Shown here piece by piece: positions 17,135 through 26,881 of a stretch of 43,306 bases of DNA. The position numbers and the translations under genes were made by a program. Under the pieces are notes generated by a model. The model ran no database searches. It was not told the origin of the DNA and saw only the letters and a list, made by a program, of their open reading frames with translations. The DNA is taken from contig JBDRMG010000033.1 of NCBI GenBank assembly GCA_043812495.1, forward strand, positions 1 through 43,306, given 5' to 3'. Position 1 is the first letter of the stretch; each line of letters opens with the position of its first letter. This DNA is from Candidatus Omnitrophota bacterium (GTDB lineage Bacteria > Omnitrophota > Gorgyraeia > Zapsychrales > JBDRMG01).

Positions 17135-17283
17135 GTTTCTCAAAAATTCCAGATTTCTATTTCCATTATCTTATATAATACCAAATGTTTAACACAAACT
17201 CCCGACAAATTTTGGGGAATGTCCAACTTCGTGGGTCTTTAAAGATACTTTTTCCTTTTATGCTCTTGAATCCTATGGTTTCC

Positions 17284-17526
17284 TTAGTCATGCTTCTTGA
17301 TTTTGTATTTGCATTTATCGCAAACCCAGAAATATTCTTTCTTGGACCCGATCTTAAGGCCAAAAATGACAAGCGGAACGCCGATGATAGCTCCAATAAC
17401 CGTTAAGCTGGCAAGAACGCCAATTGCTACCAGAAGAAAAACAACAACCTTGTTGCCCGTTCCCAGATAACGTGAATTCATTAGGCCATCGCACTTTTCG
17501 CATTTAATTGTTTTGATATCAACCAT
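17284..17526 (-). CDS. Small membrane protein with split Zn ribbon
   Basis: CEKC..two TM helices..WVCDKC; SD AAGGAG. Confidence 0.7.
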   Translation of the reverse strand: MVDIKTIKCEKCDGLMNSRYLGTGNKVVVFLLVAIGVLASLTVIGAIIGVPLVIFGLKIGSKKEYFWVCDKCKYKIKKHD

Positions 17527-17544
17527 AAGAATGATCTCCTTTTT

Positions 17545-17719
17545 TCAATGAGGCCCGCACTTATGGAACGATAGTGTCCGCCAATTGCATTAATGCAATT
17601 GGCGAGATCTCGTCAAAATCAAAGATTTTGACGGAAACATAAGTGCGAGGCCGAATTGACCTCGCCCGCCATTGATTCAGTGGCGGGCGGGGATTAAACA
17701 AATGTCATTATAATATTTC
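17545..17719 (+). repeat. Structured intergenic element, copy 8 (long form)
   Basis: TCAAT-GA-GGCC-CGCACTTATG...CATAAGTGCG-A-GGCC-GA-ATTGA with two inner hairpins, second hairpin, tail ATTAAACAAATGTCATTATAATATTTC. Confidence 0.9.
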
Positions 17720-17754
17720 CTTATTAATTTTGTTATCCTTTAGATTAAATTATT

Positions 17755-19026
17755 TTAAACAATATTCAATACTTTTTTCAACTCTTTTTCTTGAAAATTT
17801 GTTAGGGGACCCACAATCGAGACATTCAAATTATTTTCGCTGAATGTCTTTTGGGCCACTCGCTTGATGTCATGAGCTGTCACGCGCTTGACTTTTTGCA
17901 TAATTTCGGCGAGCGTTCTTGTGCGATTGAGCGTGATCATGGGTTCGCCCAGCCATAACATATGATCCAGCGTCTCTTCCAGGCCTAGAAGAATCTGTCC
18001 TAGAAAATAATCCTTGGCCCGGACTAACTCCGTCTTGGTCACAAATCCTGAAGTTAATTTTCTTAGCTCTTTTAGAATGACATCAAGCGCTATGGTTATT
18101 TTCTTATTATCCACACCGGCACGCACCAGCAAGATCCCGGTGTCTTCTAGAGATTTGGACGAGCTGCCGATCGCGTACGCCAATCCTCTTTTTTCACGGA
18201 CCTCGTTAAAAAGACGGCTGGACATATTCGCGCCCAAAATGACATTCAAGAGATTCAAGACCAGCTGATCCTGGTGATCACGCTTGAAACCGAAAGCCCC
18301 TAAGGCCACGTGCATTTGCTCGGTATCTTTTCGATAAAATGTCGCTTTTCTTTTGATTTGAGAATCCGAAGCCTTAAGAAAAGAAGGGTGCTCCTGCCTT
18401 TTTTGTCCACCAAACTTTTCTTGAACCAGATGCGCTAAAATGCTGTGAGATAAATGGCCGCAAGCCGCCACCACGATATTGCTCGGCTCGTAATATGTTT
18501 TGTGAAACGTGCGCAAATCCTGATAGCTCATGCGGGAAATAGATTCGAAGCTGCCGGCCAAATTCTTTCCTAGGGGATGATCGGGCCACATCAATGCGTC
18601 TAAAAGCTCAAGGACAAAGGACTGGGGTAGATCGTGATACATCTTGATCTCTTCTAAAATCACTGTCCGTTCCTTATCCACGTCTTTTCTGGCAATACAA
18701 GGATGCAGGACCATATCCGCGAGAATATCGAAGGTCTCATTTAAATGCTTGGCCGGAATCTTCGCAAAATAGCATGTGTATTCTTCGTCGGTAAAGGCGT
18801 TGAGGGACCCTCCAACGCCTTCGATCAGCTCTTTGATTTCATTGCAGGAATATTTTTGGGTTCCTTTAAAGAGAATATGTTCCAAAAAATGCGCAGCCCC
18901 TTTTTTACGGTCATTTTCGTAACGGCCGCCGGAACCGATCCAGATACCCAAGGCAACGCTGTCGCGCTGCTTCATCGGATGCGTAACAACCCTTAAGCGG
19001 TTGGATAAAAGCGATTTTTTATACAT
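17755..19026 (-). CDS. M16 family zinc metallopeptidase (pitrilysin-like)
   Basis: AHFLEHILFKGT (HxxEH), NAFT, SSRLF.EVREKRGLAY. Confidence 0.92.
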   Translation of the reverse strand: MYKKSLLSNRLRVVTHPMKQRDSVALGIWIGSGGRYENDRKKGAAHFLEHILFKGTQKYSCNEIKELIEGVGGSLNAFTDEEYTCYFAKIPAKHLNETFDILADMVLHPCIARKDVDKERTVILEEIKMYHDLPQSFVLELLDALMWPDHPLGKNLAGSFESISRMSYQDLRTFHKTYYEPSNIVVAACGHLSHSILAHLVQEKFGGQKRQEHPSFLKASDSQIKRKATFYRKDTEQMHVALGAFGFKRDHQDQLVLNLLNVILGANMSSRLFNEVREKRGLAYAIGSSSKSLEDTGILLVRAGVDNKKITIALDVILKELRKLTSGFVTKTELVRAKDYFLGQILLGLEETLDHMLWLGEPMITLNRTRTLAEIMQKVKRVTAHDIKRVAQKTFSENNLNVSIVGPLTNFQEKELKKVLNIV

Positions 19027-19030
19027 GGGA

Positions 19031-19825
19031 TTATTGCAATTTGGATAATTGAGAAACGGTGCGAGCTACGTTTTTGACAAGATTTTTTTTGCCTGTATTT
19101 TTGAGAATTTTATCAACAATTGCGCTTCCCACAATCACTCCGTCCGCTAAAGAGGCAACACTGCGCGCCTGAGCATTGGTAGAAATACCAAAACCCACGC
19201 AGATGGGCTTTGAGGTCATGCGTTTTATTCTTTGAAGATCTTGGCGCAGGGCCTTAGGTAATATTTTTCTTGCGCCTGTGACGCCTGTTAGCGACACATA
19301 ATAAATAAAACCTGTTGAGACTTTACTGATCAGTCTTGCGCGTTTTGGGGTTGTTGTCGGCGTTAAAAGAAAGATGGTCGCGATGCCCTGGCGCTTAGCC
19401 TCGCGGATGAACCCTGTGGCCTCCTCTGGCGGTAAATCCGGCACAATAAAACCATCCACGCCTGATATTCTAGCTTGCGGCATTAATTTTTCTTGAGGAA
19501 AACAAAATACCGGATTATAGTAAGTCATCAGCGCAATCGGGATCTGAGATTTTTCTCTGATTTCTTTGACAGCTTTAAGAATCTTCCTTAATGTCGTCTT
19601 TTTCTTGAGGGCCCTAAAAGAAGAGTTCTGAATAGTCGGCCCGTCGGCTAAGGGATCCGAAAAAGGAACACCCAGCTCCACGATATCGACTCCTGCTTTT
19701 TCAAAGGCTAAAACCAATTCTTTAGTTGTCTTCAGGTCCGGATCACCCGCCGTGATAAACGCAATAAAGGCCTTCTTCTTTTTCGCGCGAAGTTCTTTGA
19801 ATTTTTGGTCAATTCTATTTTTCAT
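19031..19825 (-). CDS. trpA: Tryptophan synthase alpha chain
   Basis: ELGVPFSDPLADGPTIQ, GVTG, VGFGIS, DGVIVGSA. Confidence 0.96.
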   Translation of the reverse strand: MKNRIDQKFKELRAKKKKAFIAFITAGDPDLKTTKELVLAFEKAGVDIVELGVPFSDPLADGPTIQNSSFRALKKKTTLRKILKAVKEIREKSQIPIALMTYYNPVFCFPQEKLMPQARISGVDGFIVPDLPPEEATGFIREAKRQGIATIFLLTPTTTPKRARLISKVSTGFIYYVSLTGVTGARKILPKALRQDLQRIKRMTSKPICVGFGISTNAQARSVASLADGVIVGSAIVDKILKNTGKKNLVKNVARTVSQLSKLQ

Positions 19826-19828
19826 ATC

Positions 19829-19904
19829 TCAACTCGTTAACTCGTCAACTCGAAAACTCGCCAACTCGTAACTCGCTAACTCGCAACTCGACAACTCGTC
19901 AACT
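19829..19904. repeat. Tandem micro-repeat, 7-8-nt period (AACTCG core), single arm
   Basis: Nine AACTCG units plus a partial tenth fill the trpB-trpA gap. Confidence 0.85.
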
Positions 19905-21078
19905 ATACTAGTGCTTGGATGGAACTAACGTCTTTATCTCCGCGTCCGGACAAACAAACAATCACCGTGGCTTTATTTTTAAGACGCTTATCTAATTTCT
20001 TCAAATAGCCTATCGCATGCGCTGTTTCGAGTGCCGGAATAATTCCTTCTGTTTGCGAAAGCAATTTAAATCCGCGCAAAGCCTCCCGGTCATCGACAGA
20101 AACATATTCGGCTCTTTTGATCTTCTTGTAATACGCATGCTCCGGTCCGACGCCGGGATAATCCAGCCCTGCGGCAATCGAATGCGCGATCTTCACTTGA
20201 CCGTCTTGATCCTGCATGAGATGGCTTTTGCTACCGTGCAAAACACCGACGGATTGACCGGCGAGCGGCGCCGCATGATGTTTGGTGCGCAAACCCAATC
20301 CCGCGGCCTCCACGCCGATAAACTTTACTTTCTTGTCTTTAAAAAACGGATGAAATAGGCCCATGGCATTGCTTCCGCCGCCCACGCAAGCCAATAGATA
20401 ATCGGGGAATTTCTTTTCTTTGGATAAAAACTGCCGCCTGGCTTCCTTGCCAATCACCGATTGAAACTCCCGGACCATCAAAGGATACGGATGGGGACCC
20501 GCCACCGAGCCGATAATATAAAATGTATTTCGCACATTGGTAACCCAATCGCGAATGGCTTCGTTCATCGCATCCTTAAGGGTCTTGGAGCCGCTTGATA
20601 CGGGAATCACGCGCGCGCCCAGAAGCTTCATGCGAAAAACATTCAGAGCCTGGCGCTGAATATCCTCTTCGCCCATATAAATAGCGCACGTAAGACCAAA
20701 AAGAGCAGCAACGGTCGCTGTGGCGACACCGTGCTGTCCGGCACCGGTTTCCGCAATAATACGCGTTTTTTTCATGCGCCGGGCAAGAAAAATCTGCCCC
20801 AGGGTGTTATTGATCTTATGCGCACCCGTATGCAAAAGGTCTTCGCGCTTAAGATACACCTTTAACTTTTTTAAGGGTTCGCTCAATCGGGACGCGTAAT
20901 ACAGCGGTGTCGGCCGGCCCGCGTAGTCCTTTAAATAGGACTCTAATTCCCGCTGAAATGAGCGATCCTTTCGGGCCTTTAAAAAAGCTTTTTCCAGCTC
21001 CTCGAGCATCGACATCAGGGTCTCAGGGACAAAACGTCCGCCGAATTCTTGAAAATGTCCTTTGCGATCTGGTTGCAT
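19903..21078 (-). CDS. trpB: Tryptophan synthase beta chain
   Basis: [45 protein letters not shown]. Confidence 0.97.
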   Translation of the reverse strand: MQPDRKGHFQEFGGRFVPETLMSMLEELEKAFLKARKDRSFQRELESYLKDYAGRPTPLYYASRLSEPLKKLKVYLKREDLLHTGAHKINNTLGQIFLARRMKKTRIIAETGAGQHGVATATVAALFGLTCAIYMGEEDIQRQALNVFRMKLLGARVIPVSSGSKTLKDAMNEAIRDWVTNVRNTFYIIGSVAGPHPYPLMVREFQSVIGKEARRQFLSKEKKFPDYLLACVGGGSNAMGLFHPFFKDKKVKFIGVEAAGLGLRTKHHAAPLAGQSVGVLHGSKSHLMQDQDGQVKIAHSIAAGLDYPGVGPEHAYYKKIKRAEYVSVDDREALRGFKLLSQTEGIIPALETAHAIGYLKKLDKRLKNKATVIVCLSGRGDKDVSSIQALV

Positions 21079-21083
21079 GAGCT

Positions 21084-21881
21084 TTAACCGCCTGCTTCGT
21101 AATTCACCATAATGATATTAGTTGCCTTAATGCCGACGCTTCCGCTTATACAAAGAGGGATTTTCATCGCGCTTGTATCAAACCACACTTCGTATTGAGC
21201 GGGATCGCTTTGCATATAATAGGTTTTGTATTTCCGTCCGGCCGCCTTGAGCTGCGTTTCTTTCATAAGTTCAATTTTAACATCTTTTGTGGGCAAACGC
21301 ATCACAAATGAATCGCCCACCTGAAACTCATCCGATTGCCGAGTGCGATAAATAAAACAATAAATATTGTCAATCCGTCCGTCCTTTTCTATGACCTGCT
21401 CCTGCGTCTGATCGCCAGCGTATTTGACGATTTTAACCGTTCCTTTTTCCTGGTCATAAAATTCATCAATCTTCTCTTTCTTGCCCCAGATATTGAGATT
21501 GCGCTTGATCAAGACAGGATACAAGTGCGTCGTATCCGCATAAATGGTCTCTTCATCAAGAAAATTGAGAGCCTCAGCCCGGAAAACAATCAAGTAAACA
21601 TCCTGGCCGTTATACTGGGTTATCCCTTGAAACGATAACGAGGCATTCCCTGCTTTAAGACCAAAGCTCTTGATGGCATAGTTAATTGTTTCCCCTTTAT
21701 TAAAGGCAAATTGAAGCTCCGTCTTTTTTGAGACCCTAGGGCTGAGTTCTGTCATCGCGCTCTCTTGGGATGAACAAGACAACAAGCTGATCAAGCCGAT
21801 CATAAGGATATATTTTAAGATTCTAGGGCCGCCCCAACAATTTTTTCGCGCATAAATGGAGTGAATATTTTTTGTTATCAT
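21084..21881 (-). CDS. DUF3108-like exported protein
   Basis: GETINY..GLKAG pattern, lipobox-like LLSC; start uncertain because the 5' part overlaps a palindrome (ATG 21803 possible). Confidence 0.65.
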   Translation of the reverse strand: MITKNIHSIYARKNCWGGPRILKYILMIGLISLLSCSSQESAMTELSPRVSKKTELQFAFNKGETINYAIKSFGLKAGNASLSFQGITQYNGQDVYLIVFRAEALNFLDEETIYADTTHLYPVLIKRNLNIWGKKEKIDEFYDQEKGTVKIVKYAGDQTQEQVIEKDGRIDNIYCFIYRTRQSDEFQVGDSFVMRLPTKDVKIELMKETQLKAAGRKYKTYYMQSDPAQYEVWFDTSAMKIPLCISGSVGIKATNIIMVNYEAGG

Positions 21882-21924
21882 ATTATTTATTTCTTTTGGA
21901 TTCCATAAGTTGGGGCGGCCCTAG
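21823..21924. repeat. REP-like inverted repeat
   Basis: CTAGGGCCGCCCCAAC / GTTGGGGCGGCCCTAG, perfect 16-bp arms; one arm contains the upstream gene's TAG. Confidence 0.8.
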
Positions 21925-22391
21925 GTCTTCGCATGACTTTCTTGTTTGTTCAAATTCCTCTCAAGATCTTCCCTCTCGTGCAGAATCTTTTTCTGGAATC
22001 CTTGTTTGGCGCGATAAAACCAGAAGTAGGCCAGAAAATTCGTCTTATTGATCAGATGATCACACACAAGATGAATGCTCAGACCAAAAACAAATGCTGT
22101 CCATATTTGGTTTAAACGAAAAAACCATACCACCGCCCAAGCGATTATCAAGAATTCATAGGAATGAAAAACCAGATACATCTTGCCTGTTCGCTCTTCG
22201 GCGCAGTATTTTTCCAAATCCGAGAACCGCCAGCACATCTTTTTATGAAAGAAAATATAATCCAGGGCGTGATCAAGATCAATAAAAATGTGCGCCATAA
22301 AAAAACTCGCCGTGGCCGGCCAAGAACGCGTCCAAAAGCCGAACAAAGAACTTGTGACTCCCGCAACAATAAGATGATTCTTCGGACTCAT
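21921..22391 (-). CDS. Membrane protein, metal-dependent hydrolase-like
   Basis: H near N-terminus, DLDH, FHSYE, H..CD with TM helices. Confidence 0.6.
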   Translation of the reverse strand: MSPKNHLIVAGVTSSLFGFWTRSWPATASFFMAHIFIDLDHALDYIFFHKKMCWRFSDLEKYCAEERTGKMYLVFHSYEFLIIAWAVVWFFRLNQIWTAFVFGLSIHLVCDHLINKTNFLAYFWFYRAKQGFQKKILHEREDLERNLNKQESHAKT

Positions 22392-23530
22392 CGACGATCC
22401 ATGTCCTTGATAAATTGTTCTAAGACATCCGCGCCGCTCACTAAACTCTTGATCCGGACAAACTCATCGTTGGCATGGGCTGTTCCGTGAGAACTAAAAC
22501 CCGTCGCCATCGCGGGGATATTTTTCTTTTTAAAGAATGTAATGACGGTCGCTCCTTCGCTTCCTTTAATGTGAGCTTTTAATCCCATTTTTCTCGCGGA
22601 CTGAACAAAGGTGGACACAAGCGGATGACGACAATCGATTTCATATGGGTCCTGGATATTATCCACAAGGATCTTGAATTTTCTCGACTGCCGGCGCACA
22701 ATTTTTTCTATCTGCGCCAGGATCTTTTTCGGATTCATGCCCGGCAGGAACCGCAAATCAAAAGAAAACTCACATTCATCGGCGACCATATTGACCTTGT
22801 CGCCGCCCTGAATTGTTCCGATATTAACGGTCGGGCCGCGCAGCAACCGATGACGCCGGCCTTTAAAATTGTGCTTTTTAAGTTCTTCAATCACGCGCGC
22901 CGCGATCTCGATGGCATTGATTCCCCGCCAATTATACGCCCCGTGCGCCTTCTTGCCAAAAATCCGAACGCGCCCGTGAATCAATCCTTTCTGGGTAATA
23001 ACCGTATCCAGCTCATCCGAGTCAAGGATGACGGCATATTTGCATTGGATGATGTTCTTGGCAAGCAGAGGAACAATACCCAATTGGCTTCCTGTTTCTT
23101 CATCGGCGGTTGCGGCAAAAATAATATCCCTTTTGAGGCGAACCTTATCTTCGATGAGGCTGTGCATCACTTCCATGGCGCAGGCCAAGTTTCCCTTGTC
23201 GTCGGTCGCCCCGCGGCCGTAGATCTTTCCGTTTTTGATCCGAGCGGCAAACGGCGGGAACGTCCAGCCTTTTCCGGCCGGAACGGTATCCATATGCGGC
23301 GATAGCAAAATCGCTTCTTTAGCGGCGATGTTTCTTTTTAAAGACCCTTTGAGCGTAGCGATGACATTCGGTCGATTGTTTGCAAAAGAAACACAGCGCA
23401 CAGGAAGACCCCAGGAACGCATTTCTTTTGTTATAAAGCGGGCAATTTCACTTTCGTTTCCGGGTGGATTCTGCGAATCAATACGAATCAGTTTTTGAGT
23501 AAGCGCAATGAGTCGCTGGCGGTTGATCAT
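22388..23530 (-). CDS. M20 metallopeptidase (ArgE/DapE family)
   Basis: HMDTVP, GRGATDDKG, DEETG, AH.NDE motifs. Confidence 0.9.
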   Translation of the reverse strand: MINRQRLIALTQKLIRIDSQNPPGNESEIARFITKEMRSWGLPVRCVSFANNRPNVIATLKGSLKRNIAAKEAILLSPHMDTVPAGKGWTFPPFAARIKNGKIYGRGATDDKGNLACAMEVMHSLIEDKVRLKRDIIFAATADEETGSQLGIVPLLAKNIIQCKYAVILDSDELDTVITQKGLIHGRVRIFGKKAHGAYNWRGINAIEIAARVIEELKKHNFKGRRHRLLRGPTVNIGTIQGGDKVNMVADECEFSFDLRFLPGMNPKKILAQIEKIVRRQSRKFKILVDNIQDPYEIDCRHPLVSTFVQSARKMGLKAHIKGSEGATVITFFKKKNIPAMATGFSSHGTAHANDEFVRIKSLVSGADVLEQFIKDMDRR

Positions 23531-23829
23531 TTGAAGAAATCTTTGGCTTTTGAGGCACCCGTTAGCTTTTTGTAATCCTCATAATCGACAAAGGACATGT
23601 GCGGATTGCATTCGCTTAATTTCTGAAACTTCTGAATATTTTCTTTAATATTGCGAAACGTCAGGTATTTGAAATCGGTCGCGCATTCGGGGCATTTGGG
23701 TGTTCCTATCTTAAGACCCAGGGCATTGCATTTGCTGCAATTGGCGGACAGGTCTCCGCAAACAATGGTGTGCTCTTTGAGCGCATCGACATCGATCTTC
23801 TTGAACACCCTTAAGAATTTCTCGTTCAT
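23527..23829 (-). CDS. Hypothetical Zn-finger protein
   Basis: 100 aa, CSKC..CPEC; 4-nt overlap with the M20 gene. Confidence 0.7.
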   Translation of the reverse strand: MNEKFLRVFKKIDVDALKEHTIVCGDLSANCSKCNALGLKIGTPKCPECATDFKYLTFRNIKENIQKFQKLSECNPHMSFVDYEDYKKLTGASKAKDFFK

Positions 23830-23836
23830 GTTGAAG

Positions 23837-23960
23837 TTGAAATAGTATTTTTGTATTTTCTTGATCCTCGCCCACTAGAAATTTTAACCAATTTGCTGGT
23901 CGAGGTTAATTCGGCCTCGCGCTTTCGTTCATTATCATTTCGCAAGCGCAGGCCTCATTA
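23837..23960 (-). repeat. Structured intergenic element, copy 9
   Basis: Minus strand TAAT-GA-GGCC-TGCGCTT...AAGCGCG-A-GGCC-GA-ATTA, CCTCG/CGAGG hairpin, tail AAATACAAAAATACTATTTCAA. Confidence 0.85.
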
Positions 23961-24095
23961 TTGACTGTTCCATTAATAAGGAAAAGACCAATAATTGTTA
24001 CCCATTATATCAAAATAAGCTGGATTTCTATCGATTTTTAACAGAATTTTCTGAGTTTTTCAGGAATGGGATTTTCGAAAGGTCTAAAAGTGGGC

Positions 24096-24122
24096 ATAAA
24101 AAAAGCCTGGATTCCTCCAGGT
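24096..24122 (-). terminator. Intrinsic terminator
   Basis: Minus strand ACCTGGA-GGAA-TCCAGGC followed by T7. Confidence 0.75.
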
Positions 24123-24242
24123 TCAGATTCTCCTTCGCCTTAGCGATCTCAGATCATGGTATAGGCTTCGGAGAATTATTTAACGGGAACATTCTACGAA
24201 GCATATACTATTATTTAAATGGCCAATGCGAAGTAGAAAAAT

Positions 24243-24430
24243 AAAAAAAAGCCGATAAAGACCGGGATTTCTCCCCACTTCGGCAACCCAGCCACCATTT
24301 TGCCATCCACCACACCATTTCGGTATTATCGCCCGGGGCATATCCACACCCAGGCCTCTTTTGGCTTCCGACACTTTAGGTCTGTAGGCTTTGTGTCCCC
24401 GGATTTCTCCGGGTTTACCTTTATCGGCTT
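24243..24430 (-). ncRNA. c-di-GMP-I (GEMM) riboswitch with terminator expression platform
   Basis: Minus strand CGATAAAAGGTAAACCCGGAGAAATCCGGGGACACAAAGCC..CCTAA..GGTGGCTGGGTTGCCGA then TCGGC-T8; GAAA loop in P2; compensatory U-A in place of the usual C-G at the P2 base. Confidence 0.85.
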
Positions 24431-24436
24431 AATTTA

Positions 24437-24464
24437 AGTATACCATGAATTTGCCAAAAGGCAA
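24437..24464 (-). promoter_or_regulatory. sigma70 promoter driving the riboswitch
   Basis: TTGCCT-16nt-TATACT (TG-extended), about 6 nt before the aptamer. Confidence 0.7.
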
Positions 24465-24465
24465 T

Positions 24466-24654
24466 TTTTGGTTATTTCTTAGTTGAGGTGAATGAAAGAA
24501 CCTTGATGACATTGATTGAAGAACAGATTACACAGATGTCAATATCTGTGTAATCAAATACAATCTGTGTAATCAGGGCCATTCAATCGTTTTTGCCATC
24601 TATTTGTGTTTCTTCAACTTATGAAACTTTTATCAATCTAAATAAGAATGGCCC
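24466..24654. repeat. 189-bp dispersed structured repeat, copy 2
   Basis: Homologous to 8955-9143 over the full length. Confidence 0.85.
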
Positions 24655-24662
24655 TAATTTTT

Positions 24663-25340
24663 CTAACGGTCAAATTTAATATACTTATCCCAGTACAAAT
24701 AAAGCTTCTTGGTGGCCTCAATGTCCCTAAGACAATATCTGGCAATGTCTTTGTATCGTCCCTCGCGATAGAAATCTTTGACCTGTAACCCCGTAATGCC
24801 CTCGTCTTTTGGGCTTTTGATGCCAAAGGCCTTACACCACATATGAAGGCTGAATTTTCTTCGCATGGCGTCATAGAACGTAAGTTGGTCCGCCAGATCA
24901 ACATGCATATTATGGCCATAGCGATAAGGCATGAGATTTTTCGAGGCCTTAATATTCTGAATAGCCGAACGTATCATAATAAAAGGGCAGTCAAAGGTAC
25001 GGCCGTTAAATGTGATAAACTGGGCATATTGCTTCATCTGGCTCCAGAAATTCGTCAAAATCTCTCTCTCGCTTCCGGAGATATAAACAACCTCACCCTC
25101 TGTAAATTTCTCCGGCTTAGCCTGACCGTTTTGGTAATAAACAAAACCTTTCCGAGTATCGGCTTCCAGCATCCCTATGGTTATGATCTGGGCCGTCAAA
25201 GGATAAAAAGCCAGGCTGTTTTTGGCCTCATCTTTTTTCTGATCCGTTTCGGCGTACTTAAGAAAATATTCTTTTGAGGTTTCATCCAGCAATTCAAAAT
25301 CCTGTCCGACTGTTTCGACATCAAATATGATTCCACTCAC
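24663..25340 (-). CDS. PolB-like 3'-5' exonuclease (RNase H-like, DEDD)
   Basis: IIFDVET, TFNG..FD.PF, H.DL, YC..D; GTG 25340 after GGAGG (track start lies in element copy 10). Confidence 0.88.
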   Translation of the reverse strand: MSGIIFDVETVGQDFELLDETSKEYFLKYAETDQKKDEAKNSLAFYPLTAQIITIGMLEADTRKGFVYYQNGQAKPEKFTEGEVVYISGSEREILTNFWSQMKQYAQFITFNGRTFDCPFIMIRSAIQNIKASKNLMPYRYGHNMHVDLADQLTFYDAMRRKFSLHMWCKAFGIKSPKDEGITGLQVKDFYREGRYKDIARYCLRDIEATKKLYLYWDKYIKFDR

Positions 25341-25357
25341 AAATAATCCTCCCCCTT

Positions 25358-25477
25358 TCAATGAGCGCATGATTTATACGACCGATAGGGAGTATAAATC
25401 ATTTGCGCGAATTGACCCCGAGTCCGCCAAAGTTTGTGGCGGACTCGGGGTACAGCAAATTAAGAATTTACTATTTC
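25358..25477 (+). repeat. Structured intergenic element, copy 10
   Basis: TCAAT-GA-GCGC-ATGATTTATAC...GTATAAATCAT-TT-GCGC-GA-ATTGA, hairpin CCCCGAGTCCGCCA/TGGCGGACTCGGGG, tail ending CTATTTC. Confidence 0.9.
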
Positions 25478-25479
25478 CT

Positions 25480-26103
25480 TTATTCCTTGCATTGCTCGAT
25501 TTTATTAAAAAACGATTGCAGGAGCTTTTCGCTCTTCTTGCCATAGGACGATTCGACGCCGCTTGAGACATCTACGGCAAAAGGTTTGACCCTCTTGACC
25601 GCGGCAACGATATTGCGAGCGTTGAGTCCGCCGGAGAGAATCAAGGGTTTGTTGATTTTCTTCTTCTCCTTTAAAACGTTCCAGTCAAAGGTCTTTCCGC
25701 TTCCTCCGTACATTCCTTTCTGATGCGTATCAAACAAGTAAAGACTCGTTGGATACTCGCAAACTCGGGAAAAATCAAAATCTTTCCCGACGCGAAAAGC
25801 CTTAATTGTGTTAAACCCTTGAAATTTTGCGCAAAACTCCGGTGCTTCGTTACCGTGAAATTGGATGGCCTTAAGTCCGCAATAGACCGCAATCCGCTTG
25901 ATGTCGGACTCTTGCGCATTCACAAAGACGCCCACAGGTATCACTTTTTTCGGTAAACTTTTGATAATTTCCCGTGCTCGACTTGGCAAAATATAGCGAG
26001 GGCTTTTTTTATAGAAAATAAACCCGACCGCCCAAGCGCCTAAAGAAACAGCAAGCTGAGCATCTCCGAACTGCGTTATTCCGCAAATCTTAACTTTCAC
26101 CAT
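25480..26103 (-). CDS. trpF: Phosphoribosylanthranilate isomerase
   Basis: VKICGIT, SPRY, VGVF, QFHG.E, GGSGKTFDW, LSGGL, VDVSSGVE. Confidence 0.95.
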   Translation of the reverse strand: MVKVKICGITQFGDAQLAVSLGAWAVGFIFYKKSPRYILPSRAREIIKSLPKKVIPVGVFVNAQESDIKRIAVYCGLKAIQFHGNEAPEFCAKFQGFNTIKAFRVGKDFDFSRVCEYPTSLYLFDTHQKGMYGGSGKTFDWNVLKEKKKINKPLILSGGLNARNIVAAVKRVKPFAVDVSSGVESSYGKKSEKLLQSFFNKIEQCKE

Positions 26104-26881
26104 ACATAATCTCTTTGATCTTCCCTGAGACATCGTGCGCCCTCAAGAATGCTTCCCCAATGAGGACGGCATGGACTCCCATGTTTTTGAGGGCAACGAC
26201 TTCTTGGTGGGATTGAATTCCGCTTTCAGCCACGATAATTTTGTCTTTTGGAATCATGGGGATAAGTCTTTCACACGTTTTAAAGTCAACAGTGAGGGAA
26301 TGCAAATCGCGATTATTTACACCGATGATATCGGCATTCACTTTTAGCGCTCTTTGCAATTCGTTCTCATCATGCACTTCCACCAGGCACTCCATATCCA
26401 GATTGGAAGCCACATCCATCAAGTGCTTGAGCTGATCATCGGCAAGAAGTGCCACGATGAGAAGAATCGCGCTCGCGCCGTGAACAAAGGCCTCGTAGAC
26501 ATGGACTTCGTCAATAAAAAAATCTTTGGCCAGCGTCGGAATGCTAAAGTGATTCCCGACGGTTCGCAAATAAGTCCATTTTCCCAAAAAATATTTTTCT
26601 TCCGTTAAAACAGAAATGGCGGCTGCTCCATTGGCCTGGTAAATTTCAGCCAATTTAAGGACGTCAAAATTTCTGCAGATCATTCCTTTAGACGGTGAGG
26701 CCTTCTTGATTTCGGCAATCAGGTTGGTTGGTCCCGGCTTAGAAATGGCTTCTTTGAAAATACGATACCGGGAAAGCTTCTCGTTTTGGACCTTTGCTTT
26801 CAGAGAAGAAAAAAAAGCCTTTTTCTGTTCAAGAAGGCTTTTTTTGTGGTTGACGATCTTTTGTAAAAAATCTTCATGCAC
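26090..26881 (-). CDS. trpC: Indole-3-glycerol phosphate synthase
   Basis: IAEIKKASPSKG, ISVLTE, KDF, GVNNRDL, AESGI. Confidence 0.95.
   Translation of the reverse strand: MHEDFLQKIVNHKKSLLEQKKAFFSSLKAKVQNEKLSRYRIFKEAISKPGPTNLIAEIKKASPSKGMICRNFDVLKLAEIYQANGAAAISVLTEEKYFLGKWTYLRTVGNHFSIPTLAKDFFIDEVHVYEAFVHGASAILLIVALLADDQLKHLMDVASNLDMECLVEVHDENELQRALKVNADIIGVNNRDLHSLTVDFKTCERLIPMIPKDKIIVAESGIQSHQEVVALKNMGVHAVLIGEAFLRAHDVSGKIKEIMYGES

Noticed and set aside
17166..17406. ORFs 17166-17396 (-) and 17185-17406 (+)
   Set aside because: Shadows of the better-supported 17284-17526 gene
19829..19904. CRISPR array
   Set aside because: 7-8-nt tandem units with no spacers; no cas genes; none of the other repeats are regularly spaced
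24180..24374. 64-aa minus-strand ORF
   Set aside because: Lies inside the riboswitch aptamer and terminator; no SD
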